Shown here in pieces: positions 27,531 to 35,527 of a DNA stretch of 64,000 nucleotides. The DNA lies in NCBI GenBank assembly GCA_964016885.1, contig OZ024740.1:436666001-436730000 (forward strand), written 5' to 3'. This DNA comes from Eledone cirrhosa (taxonomy: Eukaryota). The notes below the pieces were generated by a model, which was not told the DNA's origin, made no database searches, and saw nothing but the letters and a program-made list of their open reading frames with translations. The number at the start of each line of letters is the position of its first letter. Position 1 is the first letter of the stretch. A program made the translations under genes and the position numbers.

Positions 27531-28864
27531 GTCAAAATTTAGTTTGTTATATTCGTTGTATGCTTTCATGAATAATAATGATACTTTTGTTTTAATAATT
27601 TTCAACTTAATGCTACTAGTCTTTATTAGATGACTAAAATATAAAACAGTAGTGTTGGAGAGTATTATATTTTCATAAGGATTTCGATTAGTTTAACAAA
27701 CGATGACCACGTAACATGTCAACGATCAATAGCAACTCTAAATTCTATACGACAAAAACTATTAAATGTTGACAATCGATGGCAGGATGTCACGAACCGA
27801 TGACAAGGTGCTATTAAATACTAGCTAGATATCGTATAAAAACGATCGTAATTTCAGATGATTGCTGCTTAAAAAATCTCATCAGTTATTCTGTATAGCC
27901 ACAAATAAAATCTAATTCAAATTTACCATTATGATTTATAATTAAACAACTTCTTTATTTTGTATTTCTGATTGTTTATATTTTTATTTTAACTCACTAA
28001 TTTGCAAAACATATTTTCTTTCTTTAGATTTCAATAAATCTTGCTATTAATGTACTTTTTAAACTTCCGAGCTTTCTCTCGGTTCTTGACCCTAAAGCAA
28101 TCACTTCCAAGGTTTCAAATACTAAACTCTTGTGGGATATCACAAAACACATAAATTTAGTTGTAGATTGCATGAAAAAGGAAATTAAAGATAAAGTATA
28201 CCTGCCAAATCAACTCTATAATTATTGAATCTGAATTGGACATTTTCGATTTGATACACATAAAATCCTATAACAAGATAAGAAATTCTTTACCAAGCAA
28301 TGAGTATCAAATAAATGGAGGTACCCAAAGGATTTTCGATCTTAAAACTCACATCCAAATCAAACCCTAAGAGATACTGACATAATAGAGAGAGGAAAAA
28401 AATTAATTGAAAACGAAGAAAATATATAGAGAGAAAAAAGACCATAGCCAAATATGTTCTTTTGAAACCTCAACGGTGAAAATAAGGTCTTCTGCATTCT
28501 GTGAAATATGCTTTACTTTAGAATGTCAAAAAGCAAAAAAAACATAATCGTATAAAAAAGCAGCAATTCTTATTTACAGAGTAGATTACAAAAGAAAAGC
28601 TAGAAAGTATAAACAGTCCTTTTTATTCGTATGATACGTTGAAATTTATGTTACATATTACAATATCCTTTGCAATTATCTTCTAACATCCAACAATTAG
28701 ATCATGGCATGGCTAGATTGAGCTATTGTGTTAAATATCTGGAGACTTTTATTTAAGTTTAGTTAAACTAACACTATTGATATATGATCAGTTAGAATAT
28801 AACAGTGAAGATATATGAAAAGATAGGTAGAGGTGAGAATATGATGTTATATGTCAGGGAAGAA

Positions 28865-30862
28865 TGGTGAGATGTAGGGTAGTGGTGAGAGGTAAGGTAC
28901 TGGGGTGAGAGGTAGAGTAGTGGTGAGAGGTAGGGTAATGGTGAGATGTAGGGTAGTGGTGAGAGGTAGGGTAGTGGTGAGAGGTAGGGCACTGTGGTGA
29001 GAGGTAGGGTAGTGGTGAGAGGAAGGATAGAGGTGAGAGGTAGGGTAATGGTGAGAGGTAAGGTACTGGGGTGAGAGGTAGGATAGTGGTGAGAGGTAGG
29101 GCACTGTGGTGAGAGGTAGGGTAGTGGTGAGAGGTAGAGTACTGTGGTGAGAGGTAGGGTAGTGGTGAGAGGTAGAGTACTGTGGTGAGAGGTAGGGTAG
29201 TGGTGAGAGGTAGGATAGAGGTGAGAGGTAGGGTAATGGTGAGAGGTAGAGTACTGTGGTGAGAGGTAGGGTAGTGGTGAGAGGTAGAGTACTGTGGTGA
29301 GAGGTAGGGTAGTGGTGAGAGGTAGAGTACTGTGGTGAGAGGTAGGGTAGTGGTGAGAGGTAGAGTACTGTGGTGAGAGGTAGGGTAGTGGTGAGAGGTA
29401 GGCACTGTGGTGAGAGGTAGGGTAGTGGTGTGAGGTAGGATAGAGGTGAGCGGTAGGACTGTGGTGAGTGGTAGGGTAGTGGTGAGAGGTAGGGTACTGT
29501 GGTGAGAGGTAAGGTAGAGTGGTGAGAGGTAGGGTAGTGGTGAGAGGTAGGGTAATGGTGAGAGGTAGGGTAGTGGTGAGAGGTAAGGTACTGTGGTGAG
29601 AGGTAGGGTAGTGGTGAGAGGTAGGGTAGTGGTGAGAGGTAGGGTACTGTGGTGAGAGGTAGGGTACTGTGGTGAGAGGTAGGGCACTGTGGTGAGAGGT
29701 AGGGCACTGTGGTTAGAAGTAGGGTAGTGGTGAGAGGTAGGGTACTGTGGTGAGAGGTAGGGTAGTGGTGAGAGGTAGGGTACTGTGGTGAGAGGTAGGG
29801 TACTGTGGTGAGAGGTAGGGTAGTGGTGAGAGGTAGGGCACTGTGGTGAGAGGTAGAGTACTGTGGTGAGAGGTGGGGTAGTGGTGAGAGGTAGGGTACT
29901 GTGGTGAGAGGTGGGGTAGTGGTGAGAGGTAGGGTACTGTGGTGAGAGGTAGGGTAGTGGTGAGAGGTAGGGTAGTGGTGCGAGGTAGGGTACTGTGGTG
30001 AGAGGTAGGGTAGTGGTGAGAGGTAGGGTACTGTGGTGAGAGGTAGGGTAGTGGTGAGAGGTAGGGTACTGTGGTGAGAGGTAGGGTAGTGGTGAGAGGT
30101 AAGGTAGAGTGGTGAGAGGTAGGGTAGTGGTGTGAGGTAGGGCACTGTGGTGAGAGGTAGGGTAGTGGTGAGAGGTAGGATAGAGGTGAGAGGTAGGGTA
30201 ATGGTGAGAGGTAGGACTGTGGTGAGTGGTAGGGTAGTGGTGAGAGGTAGGGTACTGTGGTGAGAAGTAGGGTAGTGGTGAGAGGTAGGGTACTGTGGGG
30301 AGAGGTAGGGTAGTGGTGAGAGGTAGGGTACTGTGGGGAGAGGTAGGGTACTGTGGTGAGAGGTAGGGTAGTGGTGAGAGGTAGGGTACTGTGGGGAGAA
30401 GTAGGGTAGTGGTGAGAGGTAGGGTACTGTGGGGAGAGGTAGGGTAGTGGTGAGAGGTAGGGTACTGTGGGGAGAGGTAGGGTACTGTGGTGAGAGGTAG
30501 GGTAGTGGTGAGAGGTAGGGTACTGTGGGGAGAGGTAGGGTACTGTGGTGAGAGGTAGGGTAGTGGTGAGAGGTAGGATAGAGGTGAGAGGTAGGGTAAT
30601 GGTGAGAGATAGGCACTGTGGTGAGTGGTAGGGTAGTGGTGAGAGGTAGGGCACTGTGGTGAGAAGTAGGGTAGTGGTGAGAGGTAGGGTACTGTGGTGA
30701 GAGGTAGGGTACTGTGGTGAGAGGTAGGGTAGTGGTGAGAGGTAGGATAGAGGTGAGAGGTAGGGTAATGGTGAGAGATAGGCACTGTGGTGAGTGGTAG
30801 GGTAGTGGTGAGAAGTAGGGCACTGTGGTGAGAGGTAGGGTAGTGGTGAGAGGTAGGATAGA
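28865..30862 (+). repeat. G-rich minisatellite of mixed 18-bp (GGTGAGAGGTAGGGTAGT) and 20-bp (GGTGAGAGGTAGGGTACTGT) monomers, ~100 copies
   Basis: Direct reading: GGTGAGAGGTAGG core every 17-20 nt, with very few C on the + strand. Confidence 0.97.
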
Positions 30863-31330
30863 AGAAATCTTTGAGAGAAGAGGGATAAAAAAAGATGTGA
30901 AAAGTAAATTAAAGAAAGTAAAACAATGTTTAAGTTTAAAATGTATGAAAACCTGTTTCGGGGACATCGCAGTAAGTCTTATATATTTCAGTCGCCTCTG
31001 GGTTACAGGGCAGGCAGTGCGTGGACACCATTTGCTTACAATGAATGGGGGGGGGGGGGCAATGACAGTGGAAGTTTGGTTCCTTTGTATTGGGGACCTG
31101 GTGTTTATCTTTTAAAGATTCATATATATTTCCATCTACATTCAAAATACTGATCCCATTTCTTTTGCCAATCTTCTTAACATGACCCTATTCCTCACCC
31201 ACTCCTTTATAGTTATATTACTTTTTAAATCAATAACAGTAATAATGATATATAAGAATATATCCTTCATCTGGCAAATTCTATGTTTCAGATTTCCTTG
31301 TTCTGTAAAACTATTTCATATCAGGAGTAA

Positions 31331-31411
31331 ATATATTATATATATATAATATATTATATATAATATATATTAAATATATAATATATATTATATATATATA
31401 ATATATTATAT
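31331..31411. repeat. Imperfect (TA)n tract, left flank of the Penelope-like element
   Basis: Pure A/T alternating sequence with TT/AA phase shifts. Confidence 0.95.
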
Positions 31412-31501
31412 TTAGGAACATTTAATGAACATGCGGAGTACTATAATAATGCCCTAGCAAATTCCGGTTACTCTAGTAATAATAACATAATATCACATAA
31501 C

Positions 31502-32674
31502 ATGGCCATGAATGGGAGTAGGAAGCATAATAACCGTAAAAATTACATAGGTGTATCTGAACCCATCCATAAGTTAACCCACGGGACTCGTAATAGTGAA
31601 TATAATACCTCTAGGAAACAAGTCGAACCCTCTGAGCGCTCACTCATTGGTGATAATTTTGCTAGATCTTATTCTAATAATGTTGCTTCTACTGATCCTA
31701 TTATTGGCCCTAATCCTTTTGATGGGATTCCAGACAGCAGCAGATCTACTGGAGGTAGAAACAGTAATAGACTTAATGGAATTTTGGCTGATTCTAATAA
31801 TGCGGTTTTAACTAATCCTTGTAGTAACCCTAGTCTTGATGGTGGGATATTAGATAATGGTAGAGTCGGTAAGAATAAAAATAGGAGATTAAATACTTAT
31901 TTTAACCCGCCATATAATCAGGAAGTATTAACTAATATCCCTAGGTCTTTCTTTTCTATCTTAGAGAAAAATTTCCCCCCTTCTCATAAATACCATAGTA
32001 TTTTTAATAAAAATGTTATTAAACTTTCATTCTCTACCACCCCTAATATTAGTTCTCATTTAGCTAGCACTAACAATAGGAAAATTAGGGATGGATTCTC
32101 CTATCTACATACTACTAGTCTGAACAGATCTGGAAATGCATTACCACCAGAACAGACCTTATCTAATAGCAATCCTACGTGTAATGCATCACCACTTGAG
32201 CCAACCAATAACACCCGGAAGTGTAACTGTAGAGTGAGTGCTAACTGCCCTTTAAACGGTAACTGCCTCTCTAAGAACATTGTCTATGCTTGCGTAGTTA
32301 TAACTAATTCCTCTAATAGAACTTATATAGGCTCTACATCTAACACTTTTAAGACTAGGTTTAATTCTCATATCTCTAATTTCAAACATGTTAAGTTTAA
32401 GAATTCTACTTCTTTAGCACATTATATCTGGGATCTTAAGGGGGCTAATATACCATATAGCCTTAACTGGCGTTTAGTAGCACGCTCTAATAACCTTTCT
32501 ACACATACTAAATTTTGTAATCTCTGTATCCTCGAGACACACTCTATAATTTTCTCTAGCGAATCCTTACTTAATAGAAAGTCTGAGATATTCTCTTCCT
32601 GCCCCCACGCTATTTCTAATTCTTACTTTTATTATAAACCTAAAGGTTCTAGTAGTACAAATTGTATCCATTAG
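31502..32674 (+). CDS. C-terminal part of a Penelope-like element polyprotein: RT thumb region, Cys-rich linker and GIY-YIG endonuclease (frame is open upstream to 31,412)
   Basis: IVY (32279-32287) and YIG (32324-32332) motifs, followed by STSNTFKTRFNSH, SLAHYIWDLK, CNLCILE and LLNRKSEIFSSCPH. These supply the GIY-YIG Tyr/Arg/Glu/Asn residues and a His-His-Cys-Cys set. Thirty further sense codons (LGTFNEHAEYYNNALANSGY...) precede the ATG, so this ATG is probably internal. Confidence 0.88.
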   Translation: MAMNGSRKHNNRKNYIGVSEPIHKLTHGTRNSEYNTSRKQVEPSERSLIGDNFARSYSNNVASTDPIIGPNPFDGIPDSSRSTGGRNSNRLNGILADSNNAVLTNPCSNPSLDGGILDNGRVGKNKNRRLNTYFNPPYNQEVLTNIPRSFFSILEKNFPPSHKYHSIFNKNVIKLSFSTTPNISSHLASTNNRKIRDGFSYLHTTSLNRSGNALPPEQTLSNSNPTCNASPLEPTNNTRKCNCRVSANCPLNGNCLSKNIVYACVVITNSSNRTYIGSTSNTFKTRFNSHISNFKHVKFKNSTSLAHYIWDLKGANIPYSLNWRLVARSNNLSTHTKFCNLCILETHSIIFSSESLLNRKSEIFSSCPHAISNSYFYYKPKGSSSTNCIH

Positions 32675-32878
32675 CTGATATATTCCATTACTTATTTTTT
32701 AGTTTAGTTTAGGTTCTTTTTGTTTACCACCATTATTATCATCATTATTATCATTGGTTTTTGACAACTCTTTATTCTAGCTCTCATAATCTTTTGGCTA
32801 CTATACCATATCTATCTTCTTACGCATTAAATTTTCACTATTAACACCTTATGAGTATATATCTGATTATATATTTTA

Positions 32879-32938
32879 CATTATTTTATTTTATTTCATT
32901 TTATTTTATTTTATTTTATTTTATTTTTATTTTTATTT
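32879..32938 (+). repeat. (TTTTA)n simple repeat in the PLE 3' UTR
   Basis: About 11 imperfect ATTTT units. Confidence 0.85.
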
Positions 32939-33367
32939 GGATTCTTCTTTGGATTACCAACCTTGTAATTATAAGTAATTATATATTATATTATGTTAAT
33001 TATTTTATATTATATTGTATTTGTTATTGTAATATCGATCCTTATTACTTACCGTTGATTATATGTAACATTGTGATATGTTAAACTTTATATATCATGT
33101 AAGATGTTTATATTTTTGTTTCATCATAATTTTGGGTATTGTACAATTTATTTTTCCTCACCTACTCTGTAACTCTATATGAATTGATTTGTTAACTTGA
33201 ATGCCATTATTTATTGTATATTATATATGTTATTATATTATTATTATAGTATTATTGTGACATCTATATTGTTTGTGTAAATTAACCGGAGATTATCTAT
33301 TCTATTATATTATATTATATAGTATATAATTGTATAGTTTATTATATATTATATGTGCTACTTATAA

Positions 33368-33413
33368 TAATTGTTTCTACTATTGGCACAAGGCCAGAAA
33401 ATTACCCAGTACA
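33368..33413 (-). mobile_element. 3'-terminal fragment (~45 bp) of the same SINE as at 34,337-34,522
   Basis: TAATTGTTTCTACTATTGGCACAAGGCCAGAAAATTACCCAGTACA aligns closely with TAATTGTTTCTACTTTAGGCACAAGGCCAGCAATAACCCAGTGCA at ~34,336. Confidence 0.85.
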
Positions 33414-33892
33414 TATAATATCATATCATAACCTCATGTATATTGGGTATATGTATTATTATTATTATTAGTATTTTTATTCCTATCATGCTTATTTATA
33501 TTTAAACTCTTAATAAGGTTTAATTTGTGCTGTTGAAGATGGATATGTGTATTGATGTATGTGTATGTGTGCGTACATATATACATATGTATATTGTACC
33601 TTTTGATCTTTATTGTAATTTTAATATTGGTAAAGGTATATTATATTATATTATATTGTATTATATATAATTCCTGCTCTATATAACCACCTTTGTTTAG
33701 CTCTAGGGTTTTCTTTGATTTGGACTATATTTGTAATATGGTTCTAAATGTTATACACCTCCTTAGTGATTTTTATTATATATTTTTATTATATATTTTT
33801 ACCCATAATCTTGCAATACTTTAGTGTATGTACACTCCATATTCTTCGGAGTTTCCGGCTTGTATTGGCCGATAATACTTCTTGTTGTTTTA

Positions 33893-33937
33893 ATTGCCCT
33901 GATGAGTCCTTAATAGGACGAAACATTGTTGGCTAAT
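33893..33937 (+). ncRNA. Minimal type I hammerhead ribozyme
   Basis: Stem I GCC(33896-98)/GGC(33931-33); core CTGATGA (33899-33905); stem II GTCCT-TAAT-AGGAC (33906-33919); GAAA (33920-23); very short stem III AC-ATT-GT; cleavage triplet GUU (33928-30). Minimal hammerheads are an established hallmark of PLEs. Confidence 0.9.
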
Positions 33938-33940
33938 AAA
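33935..33940 (+). promoter_or_regulatory. Candidate polyadenylation signal AATAAA directly 3' of the ribozyme
   Basis: Exact hexamer near the element 3' end. The AT-rich context makes a chance occurrence possible. Confidence 0.35.
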
Positions 33941-34083
33941 GACTTTTGATGTATTGAAGGCTTCTTTGTTTTACTTTCATAATTCTTCGGCTCTGTTTAA
34001 TTACATTGAGCTATACCTTTTACTGTCATTTCTATAATACGAAGAGGGTGTTTAACTCCAACACGCTCCAGTATTTTAACCCT

Positions 34084-34336
34084 TATAATATATTATATAT
34101 ATAATATATTATATATAATATATATTATATAAATAATATATATTATATATGATATATATTATATATATAATATATTATATATAATGTATATTATATATAT
34201 AATATATATTATATATATATAATATATTATATATAATATATATTATATATAATATATATTATATATATAATATATTATATATATAATATATATTATATAT
34301 AATATATATTATATATATATAATATAGTATATATAT
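34084..34336. repeat. Imperfect (TA)n tract, right flank of the PLE
   Basis: Near-pure A/T alternating sequence with a TATATATAATATATATTA-type subunit. Confidence 0.95.
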
Positions 34337-34522
34337 AATTGTTTCTACTTTAGGCACAAGGCCAGCAATAACCCAGTGCATTACTGGTACTTTATTTTAT
34401 CGACCCCGTAAGGATGAAAGCAAAGTTAACCTTGCCGGGATTTGGACTCAGATCGTAAAGGGACGTAACTATGCTGGAAAGCATGGCGTCCGACCCTCTA
34501 CCGATACTGCCAACCACCGCCC
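34337..34522 (-). mobile_element. tRNA-derived SINE (~186 bp), resembles an abundant octopod SINE family
   Basis: On the minus strand: GGCGGTGGT start, A-box-like TGGCAGTATCGG (34512-34501), B-box-like GAGTCCAAATCCC (34449-34437), central GCTTTCATCCTTACGGGGTCGATAAAATAAAGTACCAGT (34421-34383), and tail GGCCTTGTGCCTAAAGTAGAAACAATTA. GC-rich island within (TA)n. The family is recognised from memory. Confidence 0.85.
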
Positions 34523-34759
34523 TATATATTATATATATATATAAAATATATATTATATATATATTATATATATAATATATTATATATATATATTATATAT
34601 TATATATATAATATACATTATATATAATATATATTATATATATAATATATATTATATATAATATATATTATATATTATATATATAATATATATTATATAT
34701 AATATATATTATATATAATATATATATATAATATATATTATATATATATAATATATTAT
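34523..34759. repeat. Imperfect (TA)n tract
   Basis: Continuation of the TA tract beyond the SINE. Confidence 0.95.
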
Positions 34760-35300
34760 TATCACTGTCATCACCATCACCATCACTGTCATCACCATCA
34801 CCAACACCATCATCATCACTGTCATCACCACTATCACTTTCATAACAATCACCATCACTGTCATCACCATCACTACCATCACCATCATCACTGTTATCAC
34901 CATCACCATCATGTCATCACCATCACCATCACTGTCATCACCATCACCATCATGTCATCACCATCACTGTCATCACCATCACTGTTATCACCATCACCAT
35001 CATGTCATCACCATCACTGTCATCACTGTCATCACCATCACCATCATGTCATCACCATCACTGTCATCACCATCATCATCACTGTCATCACCATCACCAT
35101 CATGTCATCACCCTCATCACTGTCATCACCATCACCATCATGTCATCACCATCATCACTGTCATCACCATCACCATCACTGTCATCACCATCACCATCCC
35201 TGTCATCACCAACACCATCATCACTGTCATCACCATCCCCACCATCAATATCACTATCATCATCAACAACACCAAGTTAGTCATCGCAGTCGTCGTCACC
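34760..35300 (+). repeat. Compound (CAT/CAC)n low-complexity repeat with ATCACTGTCATCACC subunits
   Basis: Direct reading. It explains the His-, Ser/Pro- and Ile/Thr-rich ORFs in all three + frames. Confidence 0.95.
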
Positions 35301-35388
35301 ACGCCCAGTCTGTAGGAGTCTACATTTGTAAAGTACGTTTATATATTTCAATCTAAAGGAAGCGGAAACAGCCGTTGAGTAGGGCATT

Positions 35389-35446
35389 GGTCACCTGACA
35401 TCCAACCACACAGGTCACGTGACATCCAACATCACAGGTCACGTGA
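35389..35446 (+). repeat. 24-bp tandem repeat, 2.4 copies, carrying GTCACGTGA E-box palindromes
   Basis: GGTCACCTGACATCCAACCACACA / GGTCACGTGACATCCAACATCACA / GGTCACGTGA. Confidence 0.85.
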
Positions 35447-35527
35447 GGTTCGGACAATTTGGATAGTATAATTACTGGGATGTTTGATAGAGTTAATATT
35501 ATTATGGTGTCTATAATGTTTATGAGC

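Larger units (their letters stand above)
31412..34083 (+). mobile_element. 5'-truncated Penelope-like retroelement (PLE), probably Naiad clade with C-terminal GIY-YIG endonuclease
   Basis: Open frame from the (TA)n junction encoding YYNNALANSGY, YFNPPYN, a CNC-x5-CP-x4-C linker and a GIY-YIG domain, followed by an AT-rich 3' UTR containing a minimal hammerhead ribozyme. Bounded on both sides by (TA)n. No RT core is present. The clade assignment rests on remembered motifs, not a search. Confidence 0.88.

Noticed and set aside
1-30862. Telomeric repeat (GGTTAG and TAGGG motifs)
   Set aside because: No tandem TTAGGG. The motifs are only parts of longer monomers, so a subtelomeric position cannot be inferred.
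28792-30967. Long minus-strand ORFs (706, 643 and 313 aa) resembling mucin or extensin
   Set aside because: The C-rich strand of the minisatellite almost lacks stop codons, so all three frames are open with the same peptides permuted. No unique domain.
31150-31411. Upstream direct or inverted pseudo-LTR copy
   Set aside because: I saw no second hammerhead core and no match to the 3' UTR upstream of the ORF.
31502-32674. Host GIY-YIG gene (SLX1/ANKLE1-like) or homing endonuclease
   Set aside because: Intronless frame truncated at a TA tract, with PLE-type thumb and linker motifs and a downstream minimal hammerhead.
26015-33936. Short AT-rich ORFs (26015, 26135, 27092, 27300, 27390, 30825-31153, 31596, 32851, 33748)
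   Set aside because: Low-complexity, repeat-derived or overlapping the PLE frame or UTR, with no recognisable motifs.
31412-34083. Selenocysteine recoding or SECIS, as reported for some Naiad elements
   Set aside because: No in-frame TGA in the surviving frame (it ends in TAG), and I could not identify a SECIS by eye. A SECISearch run would be needed.
34709-35356. His-rich and Ser/Pro-rich ORFs
   Set aside because: All frames are open over a CAT/CAC simple repeat.
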